From the NCBI GenBank assembly GCA_965367815.1, contig CBDUKN010000008.1, positions 1 to 64,000 of the forward strand: DNA of 64,000 nucleotides, read 5' to 3'. A model generated the notes under the pieces. It did no database searches. It was given only the letters and a program-made list of their open reading frames with translations, and was not told the origin of the DNA. Position 1 is the stretch's first letter. Each line of letters starts with the position of its first letter. Of this stretch, positions 18,996-28,828 are shown one piece after another. The position numbers and the translations under genes were made by a program. Source of the stretch: an uncultured Thermoprotei archaeon. GTDB taxonomy: Archaea; Thermoproteota; Thermoprotei; Thermofilales; B15-G2.

Positions 18996-21155
18996 GTGAT
19001 GGAAGGTGATAGTGAGTCGAGTATTGAGATAAAGCTGAGGGAAGGAGAGGAAGTTCTCTTTAGGTTTGAGAGCGATCTTACCTCGGACGGGCGTTTCGGT
19101 AAAGAGGTTTTAGTGCTGACTGATAGGAGGGCTATTGTCTTTGATCCTGATAGGGGTAAGGAGAGGAGCTGTTGGTACGATGAGATAAGAGAAGTTAGGT
19201 TTTATGATTATCTTGGCTGCAGTGAAATAGAGGTTGTTTTGAGGGATAGGGTTGTTAGCTTGATTCGTTTTAGTAGGAGTAAGGCTGCTTTGTTCCGTAA
19301 GGCTGCGAAGCTTCTTGAGGAGCTTTCGGTCTGCCGGCTTGGTGTTGAGCGTAATGGTAAGCGTGTAGAGGTTGAGGAAGAGGAGGAGAGAGTTGAGGTT
19401 AGGAAAGTTTTGCCTAAGCTGGTTTCTCTTCTGAAGCCCTACTGGTACTTGTGTGCTGTAGCGTTTTTGACTGCGCTAGGTATTGTGGCTGTGAATCTTA
19501 CTCCACCGTATCTTATGAGGCTGCTTATAGACGAGGCTCTTGAGGCAGGGAATATTGTTTTGCTTATGAAGCTTACTCTTCTGCTTATTGGAGTCTATGT
19601 TTCTAATACTGTTTTGAGTATTGTGAACAGCTATACGCTGAACTACTTGGGCGAGAGAGTTGTTTTTGATTTGAGGCGCAGGCTCTATGATCATGTACAG
19701 AAGCTTTCGCTGAGCTTTATAGACAAGTATGGCTCGGGCAGAATTATTTCGAGGATAAGCGACGATACGTTTAGGATAAGGTGGTTCCTAACATGGGGTA
19801 TTCAGTCTTTAGTGATTAGCGTGCTTCAGCTGATAGGCATCGGCATCATTATTTTCAATATGAATACTTACTTGGCGCTGTTTTCTCTTCTGCCTGTTCC
19901 AGCTGTCTTTATTGGGCTAAGGGCTTACAGGAAGAAGGCTTGGGTGTACTACCATAGGGCTTGGAGGAAGTGGGCTGATGTCAGCGAGAAGCTCGTGGAT
20001 ACTATTCCAGGAGCTATTGTAGTGAAAGCTTTCTCTCAGGAAGAAAGAGAGACTAAAGTGTTTGTTGATAGGCTTAAGGAAGTTGTTTCAGCGAACCTCA
20101 ATGTAGTTAAACTCAATTTGAGGACATTTCCAGTAATGGGTCTCATTACGTCGATTAGCGCTGTTCTAGTATGGTATTTTGGCGGACTGAAAGTAATAGC
20201 TGGTGAAATAACTCTCGGTACTTTGACTGCTTTTGTTTCTTATATGTGGCAGTTTTATGGGCCAATAAACACGCTGAGCTACTTGATGGAGCCTCTGCAG
20301 ACAGCGCTGACTTCCGGTGAAAGAGTATTTGAGTTGCTTGACATAGACCCTGAAGTAAAGGAAGACGAAAAAGCAGCTGACTTCGAGTTCAAGGGAGCAA
20401 TTAAATTCGAGAACGTTTACTTCGGCTACGAGCCCTGCGTCTACGTTCTTCAGGACATTAACTTGGAGATTAAGCCTGGAGAAGTTGTTGGAATAGTTGG
20501 CCCAAGTGGTTCAGGTAAAACTACTTTAACTAAGCTTCTCTTGAGGTTCTATGACCCTGATAAAGGCAGAATTCTCATCGACGGAGTTGATATAAGGAAA
20601 ATTAAGTTGAGTTCACTGAGACGACAGATAGGTATAGTTCTACAGGATCCTGTGCTCTTCTCGGGTACTGTTGCCGAGAATATTGCTTACGGTAAGCCTG
20701 AAGCAGAGCCCGAGGAAATAGTAGCCGCTGCCAAGGCTGCTCATGCACACGACTTCATAATGAGGCTTCCTGCCGCATACGATACTAATGTAGGTGAAAG
20801 AGGAAGTAGACTTTCTGGTGGAGAAAGACAGAGAATAGCGATTGCTAGAGCTATTATAACTGATCCTAAGATACTGATACTGGACGAGGCTACGAGCAGC
20901 GTTGATACTATTACTGAGAAAGAAATACAAGCGGCGCTGAACAACCTCATTAAGAACAGGACTACAATAGTTATTGCTCACAGGCTGTCTACAGTAATGA
21001 ACGCTGATAAAATAGTAGTTGTCGATAAAGGTAGGATAGTTGAAGTTGGAAAACACGATGAGCTTTTGAAGCAGAATGGTCTCTACAAGAGGCTCTGGGA
21101 TGCTCAGTTTGCTGAAGAAAGAGAAGCTGTTAAGGCGAAAATTAGGCTGAGATAA
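18996..21155 (+). CDS. ABC exporter (TMD+NBD) with N-terminal extension
   Basis: GPSGSGKT, LSGGERQR, ILDEATS; six-TM region. Confidence 0.93.
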   Translation: MMEGDSESSIEIKLREGEEVLFRFESDLTSDGRFGKEVLVLTDRRAIVFDPDRGKERSCWYDEIREVRFYDYLGCSEIEVVLRDRVVSLIRFSRSKAALFRKAAKLLEELSVCRLGVERNGKRVEVEEEEERVEVRKVLPKLVSLLKPYWYLCAVAFLTALGIVAVNLTPPYLMRLLIDEALEAGNIVLLMKLTLLLIGVYVSNTVLSIVNSYTLNYLGERVVFDLRRRLYDHVQKLSLSFIDKYGSGRIISRISDDTFRIRWFLTWGIQSLVISVLQLIGIGIIIFNMNTYLALFSLLPVPAVFIGLRAYRKKAWVYYHRAWRKWADVSEKLVDTIPGAIVVKAFSQEERETKVFVDRLKEVVSANLNVVKLNLRTFPVMGLITSISAVLVWYFGGLKVIAGEITLGTLTAFVSYMWQFYGPINTLSYLMEPLQTALTSGERVFELLDIDPEVKEDEKAADFEFKGAIKFENVYFGYEPCVYVLQDINLEIKPGEVVGIVGPSGSGKTTLTKLLLRFYDPDKGRILIDGVDIRKIKLSSLRRQIGIVLQDPVLFSGTVAENIAYGKPEAEPEEIVAAAKAAHAHDFIMRLPAAYDTNVGERGSRLSGGERQRIAIARAIITDPKILILDEATSSVDTITEKEIQAALNNLIKNRTTIVIAHRLSTVMNADKIVVVDKGRIVEVGKHDELLKQNGLYKRLWDAQFAEEREAVKAKIRLR

Positions 21156-21655
21156 TGTCGCTTCAAGAATTTATTAAAAAATTAAATTTAGTTGATCCGA
21201 AGAAAGTGCAAATAATTTACGATGAGAAAAGAAATGCTTTGAAGATTTTAGTAGACGGCGTTAAGTACTATAACATTGTTCCGAGGAAGCCCTTTCCATT
21301 TAGTAGACCTTACTTCATAATATTTGCTGATAAAGAAGGCGCAGAAGTCTGCGCGGTTAAAGACTATAGAGAGCTTGATAAGGATTCTCGTGAGGCTTTA
21401 GAGAAAATGCTTTCTCGCATATACTTTATACCGCTTATTAAGAAAATTAAGAAAATTGTGTATAGGGCTGGTGAATATGTTTGGTTAGTTGAAACTGATA
21501 GAGGTGAAAGAGAGTTTGTTGCAAGGGGTAGGAAGAGTATTCAGTATTTTCCTGGAGGAAGAATCATTATTTTCGATAAATATGATAATGTCTATGAGCT
21601 TAGGTTAGATAAGCTTGATAAGAAGAGCATGGAGTATTTGGCTTTAATTCTGTAG
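21155..21655 (+). CDS. DUF1854-like protein
   Basis: PRKPFPFSRP...YFIPLIKKI...WLVETDRG; coupled to the ABC exporter. Confidence 0.7.
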   Translation: MSLQEFIKKLNLVDPKKVQIIYDEKRNALKILVDGVKYYNIVPRKPFPFSRPYFIIFADKEGAEVCAVKDYRELDKDSREALEKMLSRIYFIPLIKKIKKIVYRAGEYVWLVETDRGEREFVARGRKSIQYFPGGRIIIFDKYDNVYELRLDKLDKKSMEYLALIL

Positions 21656-21686
21656 TCTGCTACACTAAGGTGCATACTTAGGGCAG

Positions 21687-22724
21687 ATGTTTTTACACTA
21701 TATTATTATACAACTAGGATGTATACTTATCTGGGAAGTTTTATATAGTACACATGTATTTTTCAATAGGTGCACATCCATGAAGAAGAGCCTTCCAGTC
21801 TTATTAATTGTGGTTTTAGTGTTCTCTGTATTTGGTGCGATCTGTACACCGCAGAAAGAAAAGCCTGTTGTAGTATGTACTACTACTGTGCTCGCCAGCA
21901 TTGTTAATGATTTGGCTGGAGACTTGGTTACTATTGAAGTTATTGCTTCACCTGCTGTCTGTCCAGCACACTATGATGTTAAGCCGAGTGATATTGAAGC
22001 CTTTAGGAAAGCTGACTTGATTCTTATGCATGGTTTCGAGCCTTGGGTAAGCGAGCTTAAACAGGCTTCTGGGAGCACTGCTCCAATAGTCAAGATCCCT
22101 GGCCCCTGGAATGCTCCCAGTTTTCTTAAAGCGAGGTACAGTGCTGTAGCTGATGCTCTCAAGAAGTACTTGGGCCTTGATGTTTCAGATAGGCTTGCTA
22201 AGTGCCTTAAGGCTGTCGACGACGTAGACGCTTACTTAAAGAAACTTGCCGAAGAGAAAGGATTTAAGGGTACTCCTGTTGTCTGCATGCTTTGGCAGAA
22301 AGCCTTCGTAAGCTACCTCGGCTTCAAAGTTGTCGCTGTCTACGGGCCTCCAGAAAAGGTTTCTGCTAAACAGTACGAGGAGATATTGAAAAATGCTAGT
22401 GCGGCTAAAGCTCTGCTGGTAATCGATAATCTTCAGAGCGGCGAAGAGCTAAGTGAGAAGATTGCTCTTGAAGTAGGCTGTGTTCAAGTCGCTTTATCGA
22501 ATTTCCCTGGAATTGCGCCAGAGCTTAAGAATATAACTGAGGTAATGAAGTGGAATGCTGAGCAGCTTGCCAAGGCTTTGGAGATAGCTGAGCTTAAGGG
22601 AGAAATTAATAGGCTTAGAGGCGAACTCGAGACTTGGAAGACTGCTGCGTTAGTAGCGTCTGCGCTTGCTGTAGTGTTTCTGATGGCTTCAATTTTCCTT
22701 GCACTGAAGCTGAGAAAGAAGTAG
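21687..22724 (+). CDS. Metal ABC transporter substrate-binding protein (ZnuA/TroA-like); likely start ATG at 21780
   Basis: VVCTTTVL...CPAHYDVKPSD...ADLILMHGFEPW; C-terminal membrane anchor. Confidence 0.85.
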   Translation: MFLHYIIIQLGCILIWEVLYSTHVFFNRCTSMKKSLPVLLIVVLVFSVFGAICTPQKEKPVVVCTTTVLASIVNDLAGDLVTIEVIASPAVCPAHYDVKPSDIEAFRKADLILMHGFEPWVSELKQASGSTAPIVKIPGPWNAPSFLKARYSAVADALKKYLGLDVSDRLAKCLKAVDDVDAYLKKLAEEKGFKGTPVVCMLWQKAFVSYLGFKVVAVYGPPEKVSAKQYEEILKNASAAKALLVIDNLQSGEELSEKIALEVGCVQVALSNFPGIAPELKNITEVMKWNAEQLAKALEIAELKGEINRLRGELETWKTAALVASALAVVFLMASIFLALKLRKK

Positions 22725-22725
22725 G

Positions 22726-23163
22726 GTGGTTTCCGTGACTACTGCTCCAGCGCTAGCGCTAGAAGAAGCAGCAAAGCTCCATGGACATAAAGGTCCTTGG
22801 CTTGTGTTAGGGTACCGTGCCGGCGCTAGAGCGTGCGAAGTCTTCGACCCAAACGACGAGTTTTCACTATACTGTATTGTTAAGACTCCGCTTAGAACAC
22901 CTTATACTTGTGCTGTCGACGGTATTCAGGCTTCTACTCGCTGTACGCTAGGTAAACTCTCTATTAGACTCGAGGAAGCGAGTACAGACAATATAATATA
23001 TATATTTATAGATAGAAAAAGTGGTAGGAGACTTGAACTCAAGTTGAGGCCTAGCGCTGTTAAGTGGATTGAGGAGCTGTGCAGAAAAGATATGAGTGAG
23101 GCTGCTCGGAGAGTAGAGGAGGAGTCTTTATGGAAGCTGTTCGAAGAGAAGCTGTACGGCTAG
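22726..23163 (+). CDS. FmdE-family metal-binding protein
   Basis: LHGHKGPWLVLGYRAG...CAVDGIQASTRCTLGK. Confidence 0.85.
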   Translation: MVSVTTAPALALEEAAKLHGHKGPWLVLGYRAGARACEVFDPNDEFSLYCIVKTPLRTPYTCAVDGIQASTRCTLGKLSIRLEEASTDNIIYIFIDRKSGRRLELKLRPSAVKWIEELCRKDMSEAARRVEEESLWKLFEEKLYG

Positions 23164-23822
23164 AAGATGTATGGGTCGCCTACTCTGGTTCAGGGAGACC
23201 TGCTATAAGGGATATTTCTTTAGTTTTTCTTAGAGGAGAGTTCGCTTTGATTACTGGCCCTAATGGGGCTGGTAAAACTACTTTAATTGAGACTTGTTTG
23301 GGCTTGCTTAAGCCTCTTAAAGGTAGAGTACTTCTGTTAGGTATAGATACTAGGTCGAGGAAAATTATTAAGGCTAGGAGGAAGTGTAGCTATGTTCCGC
23401 AGGACTTTATGAAGCCTCCCTATGAGTCTTATACTGCTAGACACGTCATTGAACTCGGGCTGGCTTTAGAGAAACTCAGTGGGAGCCGAGAAGTGGAGAA
23501 AAGAATCGAGTGGGTTTCACGCCTCCTCGGGATAGAGGATCTTCTCGACAAGCCTATAGGTATTTTGAGTGGAGGTCAGCAGCAGAAAATCTACTTGGCT
23601 AGAGCGCTGGCCCGGAAGCCTGAAGTTCTTTTCTTAGATGAGCCCTTTTCTAGTCTGGATAAAGAGTCTCGCGAACACTTAGCCTCAGTTTTGAGAAAAT
23701 ATGTCGATGAAAAGAAGGCTTCAGCTATTATCGTCAGCCACGATACTGGTCCTGTAGCGGAGTTAGTTGACTGCACGGTGATTATGGAGGAAGGTAGAGT
23801 TGTTAGAGTGGAGAGGCGGTAG
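23130..23822 (+). CDS. Metal ABC transporter ATPase
   Basis: GPNGAGKT, LSGGQQQK, LDEPF. Confidence 0.9.
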   Translation: MEAVRREAVRLEDVWVAYSGSGRPAIRDISLVFLRGEFALITGPNGAGKTTLIETCLGLLKPLKGRVLLLGIDTRSRKIIKARRKCSYVPQDFMKPPYESYTARHVIELGLALEKLSGSREVEKRIEWVSRLLGIEDLLDKPIGILSGGQQQKIYLARALARKPEVLFLDEPFSSLDKESREHLASVLRKYVDEKKASAIIVSHDTGPVAELVDCTVIMEEGRVVRVERR

Positions 23823-23824
23823 AT

Positions 23825-24682
23825 ATGTTTGAATTAGCTGTAGCCGCGTCTATTGTGAGCGGCGCTCTCTGCGGTGTTCTCGGGTACTATGTCGAGAAAT
23901 TTAAGATAACTACTTTGAGCTTTAGTGTAGCTCACGCCGCCTTAGCTGGAGCAGCGCTCGCGCTCGTCTTAGGACTAGATGCTACTTACTTGGCTTTAGT
24001 GTTTGCTGTAGTCTTCGCGCTAATTATGGGTGTTTTGTCGCCGAGGCTTGCTCATGAGCGAGAGCTAGTGAGCATGGGGTTCTTTTCGCTTTTTAATGCT
24101 TTAGCCATATTCATGATATATTTGTCTAACGTCTATGTGCTTTCGTCGGCTTCAATAGCCGTTGTTCTTTGGGGAAGTATTCTGGCTGTAACTAAGCCTA
24201 AGCTCATAGTGCTACTCGGCTCTGCTGCCCTGTTTTTAACTTATCTAGCTTTCTTTAAGCACCAAATAGACGCTATTCTCTTCGACAAAAAGCTGGCTGA
24301 AGCAGAGGGCGTTGACGTGTACTTCCACACTATAGTACTTCTGCTGTTTGTAGGGACTACTATTGCGCTCACACTTAAGCTCACTGGAGGTTTTCTTGTA
24401 TTCGCTCTCCTCTATAATCCGGTGGCGTCTTCTATTAGGCTAGCTAGAAGCGCTAAACGCCAGCTAATACTGTCGCCTGTTCTAGGAGCTTGTTTTGCAT
24501 TGCTGGGGCTTGCTGTAAGCTATGTTTTTGACTGGCCTGTCGGCGCGACTATTGCTCTTGTTTCCTCGCTTTCTCTATTTCTGTCACATTTAGCTAGAGC
24601 TGCTGCAAATAAGATGCTTTTGCTGAAAGTAGCTAGAATAGGAGCTGAGAGTCGAGAAAAATCTAAATCGAAGAGCGAGTAA
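23825..24682 (+). CDS. Metal ABC transporter permease (ABC-3/ZnuB)
   Basis: SVAHAALAGAA motif, multiple TM helices. Confidence 0.88.
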   Translation: MFELAVAASIVSGALCGVLGYYVEKFKITTLSFSVAHAALAGAALALVLGLDATYLALVFAVVFALIMGVLSPRLAHERELVSMGFFSLFNALAIFMIYLSNVYVLSSASIAVVLWGSILAVTKPKLIVLLGSAALFLTYLAFFKHQIDAILFDKKLAEAEGVDVYFHTIVLLLFVGTTIALTLKLTGGFLVFALLYNPVASSIRLARSAKRQLILSPVLGACFALLGLAVSYVFDWPVGATIALVSSLSLFLSHLARAAANKMLLLKVARIGAESREKSKSKSE

Positions 24683-25182
24683 TGAATATTGAAGCCTCTA
24701 TGGCCTTCCTAGATGAACTGAGGCGCCTGCTCTCGGGAAACACGTTGATAGTGTGCTTAGGCAATACTCTGAGAGGTGATGACGCGATAGGCATTCTTGT
24801 GGGGAGGCGTTTGCTTAAAGAAAAAATTGGCTGTAGAGTACTTGTCTATGAAGACGGCTTAGAGAACCATTTAGGTGAAATAGGGAGACTTAAGCCTTCT
24901 AAAATACTTGTAGTAGATGCAGTCGACGCGGGACTCGAGCCAGGTACTATTGTTCTAGCTAAAGCAGAAAATGCTTCACATATAGTTGTTTCAACTCACA
25001 AGCTTCCGCTAAGCCTCATGTATAAGTTTCTCCGAGATATCTATGGTGTTGAAGAAATGTGGGTTCTCGGAATACAAGTCGAGAGAACTGATTTCGGGGG
25101 AGAAGTGAGCAAGAAAATAAGGGAAGCTGGAAAAGCTGTAGTGGGGTTGATTAAGCGGGCTAAAAGAGAAACTATTGACTGA
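24682..25182 (+). CDS. Hydrogenase maturation protease (HycI-like)
   Basis: GNTLRGDDAIG...VDAVD...STHKLPL. Confidence 0.9.
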   Translation: MNIEASMAFLDELRRLLSGNTLIVCLGNTLRGDDAIGILVGRRLLKEKIGCRVLVYEDGLENHLGEIGRLKPSKILVVDAVDAGLEPGTIVLAKAENASHIVVSTHKLPLSLMYKFLRDIYGVEEMWVLGIQVERTDFGGEVSKKIREAGKAVVGLIKRAKRETID

Positions 25183-25241
25183 AGACTGTTCTGAAGTAGT
25201 AAAAGATATAGTTCTGAAAGCTACTGTTAATCGGTGAAAAA

Positions 25242-25589
25242 TTGACTATCATCGAGGAACTAGCAAGCGCCTTAAAAAAGAGAAAGGCGAACGTTGTAGT
25301 AAAAGCAAGAGTCAAAGGAATGAGTGGAATTGAACACGAGGTAGACCTTCTCGTGCGTAATGGAGAGAAGTATGCCTTTGTTTTGTTAAATGAGTGTAGC
25401 TGCGAAAACTTTATTAAACAATTTGTTAAAACTGTTGATCTTCACGGGTATAAAAGCTACTTGCTTGTAGAGAGTAGCTGTGCAGAAAAACTTTTCGAGA
25501 GTATCAAGCCTAAAAGCACTATTATCTATACTGATGAAAAAGACTTACTAAGTAAAATATTGTCTTTAGTTGAATTAAAGCAGAGTTAG
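25242..25589 (+). CDS. Small PD-(D/E)XK-like hypothetical protein
   Basis: KGMSGIEHEVDLLV resembles archaeal restriction-endonuclease-like domains; catalytic Lys not evident. Confidence 0.5.
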   Translation: MTIIEELASALKKRKANVVVKARVKGMSGIEHEVDLLVRNGEKYAFVLLNECSCENFIKQFVKTVDLHGYKSYLLVESSCAEKLFESIKPKSTIIYTDEKDLLSKILSLVELKQS

Positions 25590-26576
25590 CTGTTCTACTC
25601 TTAAAGTCTTCCTTAAGTAATTGAGCACGCTGTCTCTGTCGCCTATATATGCTTTAAGTTTGTAGGCTACTGTCGAAGCATAGCATCCTCTAATTTCTTC
25701 TGCTGGTCTGAACTGGAGCTCTATTTCACCGAATTTCTCGGGCCCTCCTTCGGGCCCAGAGTTATATGACTGGACACAGCCTCTAGGTCCTTCTGGCCTA
25801 TATTTTGCTACGTCGAGGCACTCTTCTTGGCTGAGTGGAGCGTCTCTAGTTTCGAGTATAAGACAGTACCACATGTCTTTTAGAGAAGACACATAAGCTA
25901 TTGAAGCACATCCGGGCAGAGGGAGATCTTCTGGTTTTACTCCCAGTTTACATACGTAGTTTCCATCTATTTTGAAGAATACTGCCTCACCAGTAACTTT
26001 GATTCTGTTGCTGGGTATCGGCTTGAAGTAGTGTATTGGCTCAGCTCCTTCTTTAACGGGAACTACTACTGTGCCGGGCGGAACTACTTGAAGTAGTGCC
26101 CACAAGTTCACTTTAGTCGATATAGTGTTCTCAGTCAATAAAGTTTCCTTGACATAGACTACGACTTCTTCGCTTGCTTTTTCTAGAGAAAATTCTCTCC
26201 TAATAAAGCCTTTAAGAACTTCTCCCGTAAACATGTCTTTTAGCTCTATTTCCCCTTCAAGAACTGCTTTTTCTTTACTGTCAGCGAACTTGTAGTTATT
26301 CGGGTCTAGTGTCTTGGGACAAAACCACTCGCCGAAGACCTCTGGCTTTCTGTAGAAAAAGTTTCGTTCAGGAGAAATCCATACTCTTAAGCCGCCTATA
26401 TTCCACTCATTTTCCTTAAGTATTTTGCTTAAAGCTGGGTTTACCCAAAGAAGGTTAGGGGAGCCCCCTATTTTCAGCGAGATTAATCTGGCTCCTCTCT
26501 CACATACAGTGACTTCAGCTTTATTTAATGAAAGTTTTTTGACTGAAGTATATTTCTCTAAAATCTCTAGACCCAT
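25575..26576 (-). CDS. Hypothetical protein, possibly galactose-mutarotase-like fold
   Basis: GARLISL...LLWVN...WNIGGLRVWISPE. Confidence 0.55.
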   Translation of the reverse strand: MGLEILEKYTSVKKLSLNKAEVTVCERGARLISLKIGGSPNLLWVNPALSKILKENEWNIGGLRVWISPERNFFYRKPEVFGEWFCPKTLDPNNYKFADSKEKAVLEGEIELKDMFTGEVLKGFIRREFSLEKASEEVVVYVKETLLTENTISTKVNLWALLQVVPPGTVVVPVKEGAEPIHYFKPIPSNRIKVTGEAVFFKIDGNYVCKLGVKPEDLPLPGCASIAYVSSLKDMWYCLILETRDAPLSQEECLDVAKYRPEGPRGCVQSYNSGPEGGPEKFGEIELQFRPAEEIRGCYASTVAYKLKAYIGDRDSVLNYLRKTLRVEQLTLL

Positions 26577-26615
26577 AATTAAATAATAGTCTTAGAGTTT
26601 AAATAACCTTAAGGA

Positions 26616-27329
26616 CTAGGGAAGAGGCTTTTTCTCTAAGAAAAAGAGCTTGTTCTTATTTCGCTCAATACTCATGAGCAGTCCTCTTTCAAGAAAGAAC
26701 TCTGACAGATCTTCAACGATCTTGTCCCATGAAGGAACTTTTTCTTCATCTTTTACTGTCAGAGACAACTTTAGTTTAAATGTGTAGGGTTTTTCAAAGA
26801 GCTCTACGAGCTGCTTGTAGTCTTCTAAAGCATAGCTGTTTTCAGGCTTAAACTTCTTTCCCTCGATTAGCCACTTCGCGACTTCATATACTTCTCTTGC
26901 TTCTGAGAGCTTGCTAGGCTTTTTCTCTTTATTGAGAGACCATCTCCATAGAACATCTTTTATGTGCGTGACTGTTTTCTTAAACGGGTTTACTGTTGCC
27001 GCGTTCCAGCAGTGAGGTGTAGATATTTTTATTTTAAATGCTTTTACTGAAAGTACTTTGATTACAGCTGGCGGCTCGCTTCCTAGTTCAGCTTTAAGAG
27101 CATATCTGCCTTCACTATCGGGCTCAGTTATATCGGGTGGATAGTAGTGTAGCTCAAATTTGACTTTATTTTCATCTATTTCAGCTACTGCCTCTCCCTC
27201 AATATCCATAATAGAGTACTTCCATCCTTTCTCCTTTATTTCATTTAAGAAGCTTTTAATCTGAGGATGGAATTTTAGGACCTCTTTTTCGCTTAAACAA
27301 ATATTGTCCTTAAATACTACTTTTATCAA
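26616..27329 (-). CDS. Hypothetical protein
   Basis: 237-aa ORF with GGGGGATG RBS. Confidence 0.7.
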   Translation of the reverse strand: MIKVVFKDNICLSEKEVLKFHPQIKSFLNEIKEKGWKYSIMDIEGEAVAEIDENKVKFELHYYPPDITEPDSEGRYALKAELGSEPPAVIKVLSVKAFKIKISTPHCWNAATVNPFKKTVTHIKDVLWRWSLNKEKKPSKLSEAREVYEVAKWLIEGKKFKPENSYALEDYKQLVELFEKPYTFKLKLSLTVKDEEKVPSWDKIVEDLSEFFLERGLLMSIERNKNKLFFLEKKPLP

Positions 27330-27458
27330 ATCATCCCCCAGTTAATTGTTCCTTACAGTATAGAAGGAGTCTCTTGGAGTACTTTATTTAACTACATAAA
27401 TTTTCTAAATAACTTCAATCCCACTTTTATATTATCTACGTAATATCTTTTTTGCTTT

Positions 27459-27644
27459 GTGAAAAGAGATATAAGATATCTTTCATCATTCACTTTGATG
27501 GAGAAAAAGTATATTGGTGTTCTGAGGAGGATGGATGGTATATGGTGGCTTGTAGTTAAAGGACGAAAGTACACTCTACATGAGCTTATTAAGGATTTTG
27601 AGGAGAAGAAAGTTGAAATAACTATTAGGACTGTTAGAAGTTAA
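27459..27644 (+). CDS. Small hypothetical protein (likely start MEKKY)
   Basis: Short ORF with typical composition after a TATA-like AAGATATAAG. Confidence 0.5.
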   Translation: MKRDIRYLSSFTLMEKKYIGVLRRMDGIWWLVVKGRKYTLHELIKDFEEKKVEITIRTVRS

Positions 27645-27669
27645 TTAGTGTATAGAGGAAAAGATATAT

Positions 27670-27705
27670 CTGGTAGGGGCACCAGTTACTGGTAGGGGCA
27701 CCAGT
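27670..27705 (+). repeat. Tandem palindromic operator-like repeat CTGGTAGGGGCACCAGT x2
   Basis: Exact 17-nt copies at 27670-27686 and 27689-27705, each an inverted repeat (CTGGT-N6-ACCAG), immediately before TTG 27707. Confidence 0.85.
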
Positions 27706-27706
27706 C

Positions 27707-28828
27707 TTGATCTTTGACCCTAGACCAAAAACTAAGAGAAGCGACTTATTTGATAGAGAAGAAGAGCTAAGTAGATTTGAGGAGAGTATTTCCAGGAGAG
27801 ACCCTCTAATTCTTTTACTTGGTCTAAGGAGGACTGGCAAGACATCGCTGCTTCTCACAGGGTTAAATGAACTTAAAGTAAACTATCTTCTTGTCGATTT
27901 AAGAGTTCTTGAAGAAAAGCTTCAGATTACTCGTAGAGATATAGCTTTTCTTCTCGAAAAAGCTGTAGTAGATTTTTTAAGAAGAACTAGTTTTAAGGAA
28001 AGAATTACTAAGTATCTTGAGAAAATAGAGGGGCTTCGAATAGCTGGTTTTGAAGTTAAAGTCGACTGGCGCACTAAGCCTTACTACTTTATATCAGATC
28101 TATTTCATGCATTGAATTCCTGGGCTGAGGACACTGGAGAATATGTTGTTGTAGCTTTTGATGAAGCTCAAGAACTCGCTAGAGCATATCGAGTAGGGTT
28201 TGATAGAATACTATCATATGTATATGATTACTTAAGAAATATTTCAATAGTTCTTACAGGATCTAAGATAGGTTTGTTGTATCGTTTTCTTAGAATAGGA
28301 GATCCCGAGGCACCTCTCTATGGTAGAGCCCGTCTTGAAGTAAAGTTAGACTACTTTACTAGAGAAATGTCTCTAGAGTTTTTAAGAAAAGGGTTTGAGG
28401 AGCAAGGTATAGCAGTAAGCGAAAATACTTTAGAGAAAGTAGTAGATGTACTCAATGGTGTTCCGGGGTGGCTTGCTCTTTACGGCTACTATGCTGTAAG
28501 ATATAGTGTATCTAACGATGTCTTAGAGAGAGTTTTAAGAGAAGCTTCCGCAGTAGCTTTAAACGAACTTAAGCACTTTCTCGAATTACGCTACCAGGCT
28601 AGAAGTAGGTACCTCACCATATTGAAATATCTCGCTTCAGTAGAATATGCGGTTTGGTCTGAAATAAAGAGATATTTGGAGTCCAGAGAGGGAGTTGCTA
28701 TAGACGATAAGACTTTCTCAAGACTTCTCAAAAATCTCGTCGATACAGGATTTGTCGAAAAAAGTAGTAAGGGCTATCGTATAGCGGACCCTGCACTTAA
28801 GTATAGTTTACGTGAAATAGTCTCTTAA
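27707..28828 (+). CDS. Archaeal AAA-type ATPase with C-terminal wHTH (COG1672-like)
   Basis: FDPRPK..DLFDREEEL, GLRRTGKTS, FDEAQ, TGS, YRIADP. Confidence 0.9.
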   Translation: MIFDPRPKTKRSDLFDREEELSRFEESISRRDPLILLLGLRRTGKTSLLLTGLNELKVNYLLVDLRVLEEKLQITRRDIAFLLEKAVVDFLRRTSFKERITKYLEKIEGLRIAGFEVKVDWRTKPYYFISDLFHALNSWAEDTGEYVVVAFDEAQELARAYRVGFDRILSYVYDYLRNISIVLTGSKIGLLYRFLRIGDPEAPLYGRARLEVKLDYFTREMSLEFLRKGFEEQGIAVSENTLEKVVDVLNGVPGWLALYGYYAVRYSVSNDVLERVLREASAVALNELKHFLELRYQARSRYLTILKYLASVEYAVWSEIKRYLESREGVAIDDKTFSRLLKNLVDTGFVEKSSKGYRIADPALKYSLREIVS

